Part shown: positions 40,345 to 48,682 of the stretch, piece after piece
How the letters are laid out: every line of letters starts with the position of its first letter
Numbering within the stretch: the stretch's first letter is position 1
Source of the DNA: Myxococcota bacterium
GTDB taxonomy: Bacteria > Myxococcota > XYA12-FULL-58-9 > JALHOP01
DNA length: 64,000 nucleotides
Reading direction: 5' to 3'
NCBI GenBank assembly: GCA_041288095.1
Contig: JBGGMJ010000082.1
Span: forward strand, 1 to 64,000
Made by a program: the position numbers and the translations under genes
Notes under the pieces: generated by a model
Seen by the model: only the letters and a program-made list of their open reading frames with translations
The model's database searches: none
Told to the model about the DNA's origin: nothing

Positions 40345-41085
40345 TTACGCTGCTTGCGGAATCGGCGGCTTCTGCCTCAGCTGCCGCAAGTACTTCACGA
40401 TGGTCCAGATGTTGAGCGCGCCCACCAAGAAGAAGACCACGACAACGACGAGCAAGGTCCCCTGGCCCTCGCCCGGCCGGACTCCGACCTGGATGATGCG
40501 CATGTTGGGGCGCTCTTCGGTGAAGAACTTCGCCTGGTAGCTCGCCAAGAGCTCCTCGTAGGCACGCTCGAGCTTCGGATCGACGGCGCGGCCGGTAACG
40601 GTCAGCTGCGTGACCAGGCCGTACTTCGAGGCGTCCGGCTCGGTCTCGATGAACACGCCGCGGGACCCGAGCAAGCGGAAGTACCAGAACTCGGCCTTGG
40701 TGAAGTTCAGGCCGCGAACGATCTTCTGCTGCATGCCGCGGTGCTCGGTGATGCCGGTGACCTTCACGTACGCGTTGTGCGGGATCTTCGAGGGATCCAT
40801 CTCGGCGACATCGCCCAGCACCATCGGCTCTTCCGGTCCGGTCACCATGTAGACGACGAGGTCGCGATAGCCCCAAAGGAACCAGCCGCAGACGCCGAAG
40901 AACAGCGTCGCGAAGAGGATCTGGCGAGCTCCGCGCGAGCGCATGGCGCGGTAGCGCTCCATCTGCTCCTCGAGGCTCTCCGGCAAAGAATCGATGTCGA
41001 TGTGCTTCGCCGGCTTGGCGGTGCTGTCGAAGTAGTCGAACTCCTTCATCGAGGGATTCGTTGGCGGCGGCTTGGACTGGGACAT
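40345..41085 (-). CDS. Hypothetical membrane protein (2 TM flanking a beta-rich domain)
   Basis: TM helices near residues 55-72 and 215-235. Confidence 0.75.
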   Translation of the reverse strand: MSQSKPPPTNPSMKEFDYFDSTAKPAKHIDIDSLPESLEEQMERYRAMRSRGARQILFATLFFGVCGWFLWGYRDLVVYMVTGPEEPMVLGDVAEMDPSKIPHNAYVKVTGITEHRGMQQKIVRGLNFTKAEFWYFRLLGSRGVFIETEPDASKYGLVTQLTVTGRAVDPKLERAYEELLASYQAKFFTEERPNMRIIQVGVRPGEGQGTLLVVVVVFFLVGALNIWTIVKYLRQLRQKPPIPQAA

Positions 41086-41124
41086 GCCGGCGCAGCCTGC
41101 CTCAATGTCTCGCGCGTTTCAAAC

Positions 41125-41152
41125 GCAACACAGAGGGCCGTGCACCCGAAAA
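41125..41152 (+). promoter_or_regulatory. Degenerate copy of the sigma28-like motif
   Basis: GCAAC-N15-CCCGAAAA upstream of 41187. Confidence 0.35.
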
Positions 41153-41186
41153 TGAGGACCGAAGCGCGCTAACGCCGAGGTTCACG

Positions 41187-41714
41187 ATGGTGACGTTTTT
41201 TCCTCTCAATGACCGAGCTCACCTCTGCAACGTCGCCGACCAGCTAGCCAAGTCCCGGACTTCGCTCGACGATCCAAGCAAGCTTGCCATCATCCTCACC
41301 AAGGGCGGCAAGGTCGTGGTGGCCGGAGCAGACGCCCCCAGCCGGCCTGGCCGCGTCGACTTGCTCGCGGTTGCTCCCGGCGGCACGGAACAGCAGCGCA
41401 TCATCGGCGAGGTCTACCAGGCCATCAAGGCGCCTCTCTTCTCCCTGGTCGCAAAGCTCAGCCTCGCGGGCTCCGCTGCTTGCGGCACCGGGGCGCTGCT
41501 CGCTCTCATGGAAGGCAACTGGCGTCTCAGCCTCACCCTGGCCGTCGTCGGGGTGTGGACCGGCGTCCCAGCGGCCTGCGAATACATGAAACAAGTCGCG
41601 GTCGGCGAGGGTGCGCGCCGCTCCTTGAAAGCGAACGGCGTCGACCTGTCGCAGGTCCACCCGGAGCCCGAGTCGAGCTTCGCCGAGGTCCTGGCCCGCT
41701 CGAGCGTGCCCTAG
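41187..41714 (+). CDS. Orphan protein with bilobed hydrophobic segment
   Basis: GAGG RBS; hairpin LSLAGSAACGTGALLAL...LSLTLAVVGVWTGV; no signal peptide. Confidence 0.7.
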   Translation: MVTFFPLNDRAHLCNVADQLAKSRTSLDDPSKLAIILTKGGKVVVAGADAPSRPGRVDLLAVAPGGTEQQRIIGEVYQAIKAPLFSLVAKLSLAGSAACGTGALLALMEGNWRLSLTLAVVGVWTGVPAACEYMKQVAVGEGARRSLKANGVDLSQVHPEPESSFAEVLARSSVP

Positions 41715-41735
41715 TGAAGCCTCGCCTCGTCCGCT

Positions 41736-41780
41736 AAAAACGAAGCGACCCGCGAGGCTCTCTCGAGCGTCGCGGGTCGT
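41736..41780 (-). terminator. Intrinsic terminator downstream of carD/cdnL
   Basis: Stem CGACCCGCGA/TCGCGGGTCG with inner GCTC/GAGC; A-tract at 41736-41740. Confidence 0.7.
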
Positions 41781-41828
41781 CGTGGGTGTCTTGGTGAGCC
41801 GCCACCTGGGGCGGCATGCTCGGCGTAT

Positions 41829-42329
41829 TTACTGGTTGAAGATCTTCTTGAGCTCGTTCTCGACTTCTTCCTCGTCGCAGTTCTTGGCGACCGCGAGCTC
41901 TTTGATGAGCAGGCCACGGGCGTTGTCCAAGAGCTTGAGCTCGCAGAACGACAGATCCTTGTCGGTCTTGAGCAGATAGAGATCGCGAAGGACTTCCGCC
42001 ACTTCGAAGACCGAGCCGGTCTTGATCTTCTCCATGTACTCACGGTACCGGCGATTCCAGGTCGTGGTGTCGACGCTCAGGTCCTTCTCACGAAGGATCT
42101 TGAACACCTTCTCCACCTTGTCCTTGCCAATGACTTCGCGCAGGCCGACCTGGCGAACGTTGTTGGTCGGGATCATGATTTTCATCCCGTTATCGAGGAT
42201 GCGCAGAATGTAGAACTGCTGGTTGGTCCCGGAGATCTCGCGGTTTTCGATGGCCGTGACTTCACCCACGCCATGGGCTGGGTAAACAGCCTTGTCGCCG
42301 ACTTTGAAGGTCTGTGCTGTCTGCTGCAT
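41829..42329 (-). CDS. carD: CarD/CdnL family RNA polymerase-binding factor
   Basis: FKVGDKAVYPAHGVG, GLR, TWNRRYREYMEKIKTGSVFEVAEVLRDL. Confidence 0.95.
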   Translation of the reverse strand: MQQTAQTFKVGDKAVYPAHGVGEVTAIENREISGTNQQFYILRILDNGMKIMIPTNNVRQVGLREVIGKDKVEKVFKILREKDLSVDTTTWNRRYREYMEKIKTGSVFEVAEVLRDLYLLKTDKDLSFCELKLLDNARGLLIKELAVAKNCDEEEVENELKKIFNQ

Positions 42330-42572
42330 GCGAGATGTCTCCTTGTAGGACCCGGCCGGGCTAAACCGGTCTGGGTTTGGCCATCTTCGCTAGCTTTCGG
42401 CAATGAGCAGCCCCGAGTCTGCGTCAACGCGACGCGACTCGTCTCTGCACACTGGCGACGGCCGTTGAAGGCTGGACCAGATAGCGCCCACTCATGTCCG
42501 TGACGTACTGACTAGAGTGGACGCGAAAACTCGAGCGTCGTTGAGGGACAGAACCCCCAGGAAAGCGCGCGA

Positions 42573-42602
42573 AATTTAGCACGGATTATCGGTCATCGTC
42601 AA
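42573..42602 (-). promoter_or_regulatory. Sigma70 promoter of carD/cdnL with extended -10 and GC-rich discriminator
   Basis: Minus strand TTGACG-N18-TAAATT with TG before -10, followed by TCGCGCGC. Confidence 0.6.
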
Positions 42603-42788
42603 CGCTTATAATGACCCACCAATGACCACCGCTTCGCGCTCGGGAAACCCTTATGAATCGCGTTGCTGGCCTAATGAACGCACGGGGACGTTGATAAATT
42701 CTGATGATCTTTCGTACGCGATGCCCGGCCGGCCTCGCCCGCGATCATCCCTTGCAACGTTGGGGCTGCCGGCGCGAAAACAGGCCCC

Positions 42789-43289
42789 ATGATCATCCGC
42801 CGCACGCTGCCGCTCCTATTCGCCATCGCGGTCACCGTCATGGCGCACGGTGCCCGGGCGCAAGGCATGTTCGATCAAGGCCGCGTCCGCGTCGGAGTCA
42901 TGGTCGGCGCCGTCAGCTCCTTCAACCAGACTTACTTCTTGCTGGGCGCGAGCCTCGGCTACTTCGTCCTACCCGGCCTCGAGGTGGGCGCGAGCTTCGA
43001 CACCTGGCTCGGCAACTCGCCCAACGTCACGCGGGTCGCCCCAGAGCTGCGTTACGTGCTCGACATCGTCGACGTGGTGAAGCCTTACCTGGGCGGTTTC
43101 TATCGCCGCTGGATCGTCGGCGACGGCATACGCGACCTCGATAGCGTGGGCGGCCGGGGCGGGCTCATCTTCGTGCAGGGTCAAAACGCCTTCATCCAGG
43201 CCGGCGCCGTCTACGAACACTACGTCTCGAGCTGCGACGTCGACTGCTCGAATTGGTACCCGGAGATCGGCATCGCCCTGGTTTTCTGA
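42789..43289 (+). CDS. Small outer-membrane beta-barrel protein
   Basis: Signal peptide ending ARA; amphipathic strands; terminal Phe. Confidence 0.75.
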   Translation: MIIRRTLPLLFAIAVTVMAHGARAQGMFDQGRVRVGVMVGAVSSFNQTYFLLGASLGYFVLPGLEVGASFDTWLGNSPNVTRVAPELRYVLDIVDVVKPYLGGFYRRWIVGDGIRDLDSVGGRGGLIFVQGQNAFIQAGAVYEHYVSSCDVDCSNWYPEIGIALVF

Positions 43290-43320
43290 GGGGTACGACG
43301 CCGCGTCACACCGCCTCATC

Positions 43321-43347
43321 GAAACATGTGTTCGTGCGGGTCGATAT
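43321..43347 (+). promoter_or_regulatory. Sigma28-like promoter motif
   Basis: GAAAC-N14-GTCGATAT, 9 nt upstream of ATG 43357. Confidence 0.5.
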
Positions 43348-43356
43348 TCGACTCCA

Positions 43357-43821
43357 ATGGAAACGTCCTCTCTCACGACCTCGACCGCGGTGGTGCCCGT
43401 TCAAGAGCCTTCGGTTCCGGCGCTTCCACCCAGAGAGCCCATGTTCACGCTCGCCAAGGCGCGCGATACGCTCGAACGGTACGATCTCGACGGCAGCCGT
43501 CCAGAGCACGGTGGTAACCGCACTTGGGCGACGGTCAACAACGGTGTGAGTGCGGCTTTGGCCGCGGGTCACTGCTTCCCGGTGGTGTCGTGGTTCTGCG
43601 CTCCCGCTTCCATCACCTTCGGCGGCATCAAAGTGGTCGCCGGCTTGTTCAGCCTGCTCGGCGACGAGGGCGGTATCGCGCGCGGCCTGATGATCAGCGG
43701 CGCCAAGAGCATGGCCCTGGGCGCGTCGGTCTTCCTGCTGCCGGGCGTGAGCGAGGCCTTGAGCATCGCCGCGGCCGTCAAAGACGGCGCCGACGCGGTC
43801 AACGCCTCGGTCGACAAGTAG
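43357..43821 (+). CDS. Orphan protein, Ser/Thr/Pro-rich N-terminus, Gly/Ala-rich hydrophobic helices
   Basis: METSSLTTSTAVVP N-terminus, no signal peptide. Confidence 0.7.
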   Translation: METSSLTTSTAVVPVQEPSVPALPPREPMFTLAKARDTLERYDLDGSRPEHGGNRTWATVNNGVSAALAAGHCFPVVSWFCAPASITFGGIKVVAGLFSLLGDEGGIARGLMISGAKSMALGASVFLLPGVSEALSIAAAVKDGADAVNASVDK

Positions 43822-43827
43822 GACTGC

Positions 43828-45789
43828 CTACTGGCCGGTCTTGCCGGCGAGCCATGCGTCCCGCCGCGCTACCACCGTGGCATCGGCGTCGGGGATGACC
43901 TCGAGCTCGTAAGCCACATTGGGCTTGGCGGCGAGCTTCACCGGCAGGCGCATGATCTCTTCGCGGCGCGCCACCAAGAGCTCGACATCGTCGCCGGCGT
44001 GATAACGCTTCAAGCGGCCTTCGAGATCGCCACCGCGGACGCGGAATTGATCGATGGCGATGAGCTCGTCGTCCGCGTTCAAGCCCGCGAGGAAAGCAGG
44101 CGAGTCGCGCAGCACGGTCTTCACGACGTTGCGCCCGTTGTCGGTCTTGAAGTCGGCGCCGAGCCAGCCGAGGTCCGAGCCCATCCACGGATCACCGCTC
44201 GCGACGCCCTCCCCTTTCTTGGGCGGGGTCGGTGCCTTGAAGCGTAAGCCCACCCAAGCAAGCACCGCGTCGTAGTCGAGCTCTTGCGTCGAGCTGACCG
44301 CGCGCCCGAGCCAGGTCGACATGTCCGTTCCGGCGGTCTCGCTGATGAGGGCGCGGAACTCGTCTTCGGTGTACCCGCATTGGCCGGCGTACTTGGCGTA
44401 GGCGGCGCGCATGACGTCGTCGAGGCTCTTGGCGTTGTTGCTCGCCTTGCGGATCTCGAGGTCGAGGAGCCACGCCACCACCGCGCCCTTGGTGTAGTAG
44501 CTGATCGTCGCGTTGTTCGAGTTTTCGTCGGGCCGGTAGAACTTGATCCAAGCGTCGAACGAGCTGGCGTCGAGCGGCTGCACCTTGCGGCCGGGGCCGT
44601 TCTGCAGGCGCTCGATGTTCTTGCTCATGTGCTTCAAGTACTCGTCGCGCGTCGTCAGGCCGGCGCGGTGCACGAAGAGGTCGTCGTAGTACGAGGTCAC
44701 GCCCTCGACGATCCACAAGCTCGGCGTGTGATTCTCGCGCTCGTAGTCGAACGGCCCGAGTGCGATGGGCCGCAGCCGCTTGATGTTCCAGGTGTGGAAG
44801 AACTCGTGCGCCACTACGGACAACCAGCTGGTGTAGTCCTCGCGGTCGCGGCTCGCCCAGCGGTTGCCCATGAGGACGGTGGAGCTGCCGTGCTCGAGGC
44901 CGCCGCCGCCCGTGTCGTTCAAGATGTTGATGAAGGCAAACTGCGCGTACGGCACCACGCCCCAGAAGGCGTGCTCGGTGGCGACAATCTTCTTCACGTC
45001 GGCGGCGTAGCGCTCGGCGTCCCAGACCGCGCCACCGCCTTGCGTGGCGATCAGATGGCGCTTGCCGGCTTCCTCGAACTCCTGAACCAAGAGGCTGCCG
45101 CCGCTGATGATGGGCGAGTCGACGAGCACGTCGAAGTTGGGCGCGCGGAAACGCAGCGAGCTGCCGTCGGGATGCGGTGGCATGGCGGTCACGGTCTTCT
45201 TCCAGCCGCGATGCGGCACCACGCGCACGTCGTGCGGCCGGGGCTCGCCGCCGGCGATGGTCATGAAGGTCGCGGCGCCGTTCAACAAGGCGAAGTCGCG
45301 CTCGATCCAGTTGTTGCGCACGGTGAGCTCGTGGCCGTAGACGCGATAGCGGACAAGGACGATCTTGGCGCCGTTGGTGGTCACGCGCCAGCGGTTCTTG
45401 GCGGTTTTCACCATCGGTAGAACGGCACCGTCCGCGGTCGACGCCGCCGCGCCCTCGACGTTGCGCGCGTATTCGCGAACCATGTACGAGCCCGGCGTCC
45501 ACACCGGCAGCATGAGCTCCAAGGTGGCGGCACCGTCGGTGGGAAAATGCGCCGCGACGTCCACGTAGTGGGTCTCGGGGTCGTTGAACTGGACGATGTA
45601 CTCGATGGGGTCGCGCTTGGCCGCCTCCGGCCTACCCGCGAGCGGGTCGTAGCACTTGGCGGCATCGATGGACGGTACGCTGACGTTGCTGGGCGACGGG
45701 CCTTCGGCCATTGGAGTCTCCTCGGGCTGCTTGCCGCTCGGCGCACATGCGACGGCGCACAACGATACGATCACGGCAAGGGAACGCAT
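43828..45789 (-). CDS. M61 family aminopeptidase with PDZ domain (lipoprotein)
   Basis: PVWTPGSY, GGLEH, HEFFHTWN, SYYTKG, PDZ; lipobox AVAC. Confidence 0.93.
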   Translation of the reverse strand: MRSLAVIVSLCAVACAPSGKQPEETPMAEGPSPSNVSVPSIDAAKCYDPLAGRPEAAKRDPIEYIVQFNDPETHYVDVAAHFPTDGAATLELMLPVWTPGSYMVREYARNVEGAAASTADGAVLPMVKTAKNRWRVTTNGAKIVLVRYRVYGHELTVRNNWIERDFALLNGAATFMTIAGGEPRPHDVRVVPHRGWKKTVTAMPPHPDGSSLRFRAPNFDVLVDSPIISGGSLLVQEFEEAGKRHLIATQGGGAVWDAERYAADVKKIVATEHAFWGVVPYAQFAFINILNDTGGGGLEHGSSTVLMGNRWASRDREDYTSWLSVVAHEFFHTWNIKRLRPIALGPFDYERENHTPSLWIVEGVTSYYDDLFVHRAGLTTRDEYLKHMSKNIERLQNGPGRKVQPLDASSFDAWIKFYRPDENSNNATISYYTKGAVVAWLLDLEIRKASNNAKSLDDVMRAAYAKYAGQCGYTEDEFRALISETAGTDMSTWLGRAVSSTQELDYDAVLAWVGLRFKAPTPPKKGEGVASGDPWMGSDLGWLGADFKTDNGRNVVKTVLRDSPAFLAGLNADDELIAIDQFRVRGGDLEGRLKRYHAGDDVELLVARREEIMRLPVKLAAKPNVAYELEVIPDADATVVARRDAWLAGKTGQ

Positions 45790-45850
45790 GGCGCGGGTCT
45801 ATAGCAACACCTTGCTGTCTTGATGAAGGCCAGCCTAGTGTCCCGCCCGC

Positions 45851-46423
45851 ATGATTCTCTCCGACCGCGATTTGAAGGCGCGTCTCGCCAAGGGTGATTT
45901 CGTCGTCAAACCGTTCGGCGACCCCGAGCTGCAAATCCAGCCGGCGAGCATCGACCTGCGCCTCGCCAGCGATTTCATCACCTATCGCCTGCCGCACGTC
46001 CCGGTCCTCGACCCCAACGACAACGAGCTGCTCGCCAAGATCACCGAGACCCATCACGTCGCTGACGGCGACGCGTTCATTCTCCACCCGGGCGAGTTCG
46101 CGCTGGGCTCGACCATCGAATGGGTGCGCATTCCCAACGACCTAGTGGCGCGCGTCGAGGGTCGCAGCAGCATCGGCCGCCTCGCCATCGTGGTGCACGC
46201 CACCGCCGGCTTCATCGACCCGGGCTTCGAAGGCCAGATCACACTCGAGCTGTCGAATCTGGGTCGCGTGCCGGTGAAGCTGTATCCGGGCATGCGCATC
46301 AGCCAGATCGTGCTGCACACAATGACCAGCGCCGCCGAGCGTCCGTATGGACCGAAGCGCGGCAGCAAGTATTTCGGCCAGACGGGCCCGGTCACGAGTC
46401 GCATCACCAACGACAAGCGCTAG
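45851..46423 (+). CDS. dcd: dCTP deaminase
   Basis: [38 protein letters not shown]. Confidence 0.95.
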   Translation: MILSDRDLKARLAKGDFVVKPFGDPELQIQPASIDLRLASDFITYRLPHVPVLDPNDNELLAKITETHHVADGDAFILHPGEFALGSTIEWVRIPNDLVARVEGRSSIGRLAIVVHATAGFIDPGFEGQITLELSNLGRVPVKLYPGMRISQIVLHTMTSAAERPYGPKRGSKYFGQTGPVTSRITNDKR

Positions 46424-47077
46424 ATGCGCGTCGCTTTCTTCGACCTCGATCGCACCTTGGTGCACGGCAACTCCGCGCGCCTCTGGGTGCGGCACGAGTG
46501 GCGGCGTGGCGCTCTGCGCAACCGCATATTCTTGAAGGGGCTCGCGTACCTCGCGGCGTACCGCATGGGCTACGCCGACGTCGAAGATGCGCTGCGTCTC
46601 GGCATCACGACGCTCGCCGGTCAGCGCGAAAGCGAGCTGTCCGCGTTGGCGGTCAGCTTCTACGCGCGCGAGGTGAAGCCGCTCTTGCGTCGCGACGCGC
46701 GCAGCGCCATCGCGCGACATCGGGCCGCGGGTAACAAGCTGGTGCTCTTGACCTCGTCATCGCCCTACTTGTCCAGCGCCGTCACCAGTGATCTCGGTCT
46801 CGACGACTTCTTGTGCACGCGTTTCGAGGTCGACGGCGCCGGCTGCTTCACGGGCCGGGCCCTCGAGCCTGTCTGTTTTGGCGGAGGCAAGGTCCGGCTG
46901 GCGACGAGCTACGTCGAGAAGCAAGGCGTCCATCTCGCCGACTGCGCCTTCTACAGCGACTCGTTCTCGGACCTACCGATGCTCGAAGCGGTCGGCGAGC
47001 CGGTCGTCGTGACACCGGACCCGCGGCTGCGCCGGCATGCGCGAGCGCGCGGCTGGCCGATCGTCACCTGGACCTAG
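46424..47077 (+). CDS. HAD-IB family hydrolase
   Basis: FFDLDRTL, YSDSFSDLPML, PDPRL. Confidence 0.9.
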   Translation: MRVAFFDLDRTLVHGNSARLWVRHEWRRGALRNRIFLKGLAYLAAYRMGYADVEDALRLGITTLAGQRESELSALAVSFYAREVKPLLRRDARSAIARHRAAGNKLVLLTSSSPYLSSAVTSDLGLDDFLCTRFEVDGAGCFTGRALEPVCFGGGKVRLATSYVEKQGVHLADCAFYSDSFSDLPMLEAVGEPVVVTPDPRLRRHARARGWPIVTWT

Positions 47078-47165
47078 TTGTAGGCCTGTTGCCCACACCC
47101 AGAAAGCTCGTTCCCACTTTCCGGGCGTGGCGCGACCAATGGAGTGAGTCGAGGAGGACCCACTC

Positions 47166-48314
47166 ATGAAACGCCTATTTTCGCTGTTCTTGTTGATGAT
47201 TTTCGCCGCTTGCGGAAACCACCCATCGCAGACGCCCAACGCCGGCGATCCGAACGACGAGCATACGCAGAACCAGTTCGACACCTCGGAAGACCCCGCC
47301 GAAGCCAACGCTCCGAGCTGGCGCTACGCCCAACCCCCGCCCGGTACGCCACGCGACCTCAGCCGTGATGAGGACACGCGTGGCGACAGCCGGTCGAAGC
47401 TGGGCTCGAACCAGGCGCCACGCCCCGCGGAGCCCCGCATGGAAGAGCGCGCTCCGGCCCCGACTTCGTCGCCGTCCAGCGCGAACAAGAGCGCGCCCGC
47501 GAAGGACTACGCGAGCTCCGAAGGCGAGGCCGCGCGTGGTCGTGGCGCCGGTGGCGGTGGCGACAAGTCGGACAGCGGCGCCGCCCCGATGGCCAAGCGC
47601 AGCCTGCCGCAACAGCAGGATGACCGTCCCGGCCTGGGCACGACCTGGGGCGAGACCCGCTACTCGGCGGTGAACGAGGTGCACTTCGAGCGCGACGGCG
47701 AGTCGCCGAGCTACACCGCGGTCATGCACTACAACGACCACCGTGGCGCCAGCGCCCTCGCCGGCTACTCGACCTCCAGCCGTAGCGCCGCCATCGGGCT
47801 CGGCTCGGCGCTGACCATGTCGGTCCGCGACGAGTACGGCAACAACCTCTCGGCGGTCCGCGGTAACGGTCGCACCGTCGCCGTCGGCGAAAACGGCCAG
47901 CGCTACACCATCGTCGTCGACAACAATACCAACGAGCGTTTCGAGGTGGTCTTGAGCGTCGATGGTCTCGACGTCCTCGATGGTCGCGAGGCCGCTTATG
48001 GCAAGCGCGGCTATCTCATCGAGCCTTACGGTCACCTCGAGGTCGAGGGCTTCCGCCAGAGCGACGACGCGGTCGCGGCCTTCCGCTTCGGCAGCGTGCG
48101 CGACTCGTATGCCGCCCGCACCGGCCAGGGCCGCAACGTCGGCGTCATCGGCGCCGCGGCCTTCGGTGAGCGTGGCTACCGCGCCCGCCTCCTCGCCTAC
48201 CAGGAGCGCCTGAACGCCATCCGCTACCAGGGTGGCGAGGTCGAGCGCCGCCGCAACGCGGATCCCTTCCCGGGCCGCTACGCGACGCCGCCGCAATGGA
48301 CGGTTGCTCGCTAA
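47166..48314 (+). CDS. Hypothetical lipoprotein
   Basis: GAGGAGG RBS, lipobox FAAC, disordered linker, then GLGTTWGE...SVDGLDV...GFRQS...NVGVIG domain. Confidence 0.8.
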   Translation: MKRLFSLFLLMIFAACGNHPSQTPNAGDPNDEHTQNQFDTSEDPAEANAPSWRYAQPPPGTPRDLSRDEDTRGDSRSKLGSNQAPRPAEPRMEERAPAPTSSPSSANKSAPAKDYASSEGEAARGRGAGGGGDKSDSGAAPMAKRSLPQQQDDRPGLGTTWGETRYSAVNEVHFERDGESPSYTAVMHYNDHRGASALAGYSTSSRSAAIGLGSALTMSVRDEYGNNLSAVRGNGRTVAVGENGQRYTIVVDNNTNERFEVVLSVDGLDVLDGREAAYGKRGYLIEPYGHLEVEGFRQSDDAVAAFRFGSVRDSYAARTGQGRNVGVIGAAAFGERGYRARLLAYQERLNAIRYQGGEVERRRNADPFPGRYATPPQWTVAR

Positions 48315-48356
48315 AACAGACGACTGCCGTGGAACACCACTCGAGGGGTTGTTCAC

Positions 48357-48653
48357 TCAGAGTAGAGTGAGCAGCTCCTCGAGTGCGTTTGGGTCGCCTT
48401 CGACGGTGACGGCGGCAAGGTGGTCGGCGCTGGGATTACCCGTCAGTACTTCGGTGAGCGCCTCCTCGGGACCGGCGATGGTGACGTCCACCTGCCCGCG
48501 CTCGTCGACCGCCAGGCTTTGCACGCCACCGCGGACGAGACCCAAGCCGAGCTCGATCACCCACTGGCCCCGCGGCTCGCAGCGCACACCGATGACCGCG
48601 CCTCGGGGACCCCGCCGCCCAGCCAAGCGCTGGGCCAGCTCGTCCATGAGCAC
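48357..48653 (-). CDS. Small hypothetical protein, SCP2-like
   Basis: DVTIAG...VTVEGDPNAL; start uncertain. Confidence 0.5.
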   Translation of the reverse strand: MLMDELAQRLAGRRGPRGAVIGVRCEPRGQWVIELGLGLVRGGVQSLAVDERGQVDVTIAGPEEALTEVLTGNPSADHLAAVTVEGDPNALEELLTLL

Positions 48654-48682
48654 CGGCAGCGTCAGTACGGTGCTCCCATGGT

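Noticed and set aside
42754..42780. GCAAC-N14-CGCGAAAA upstream of the beta-barrel gene as a member of the sigma28-like set
   Set aside because: Poor -10 match and the gene has a Sec signal peptide; could be chance or another sigma
33257..46423. Deoxynucleoside kinase, dcd and HAD as an anti-phage nucleotide-depletion system
   Set aside because: They are ordinary housekeeping-type enzymes, dispersed; dcd is the trimeric dUTPase-fold type, not the defence-type deaminase
47128..47142. Sigma54-like TGGCGCG upstream of lipoprotein 47166
   Set aside because: The -12 position reads GG rather than GC
48654..48679. Possible frameshift joining ATG 48679 (MGAP) to the SCP2-like ORF
   Set aside because: A one-base change would fuse them, but in-frame starts at 48653/48647 exist with GGAG upstream; cannot be decided without reads or homologs
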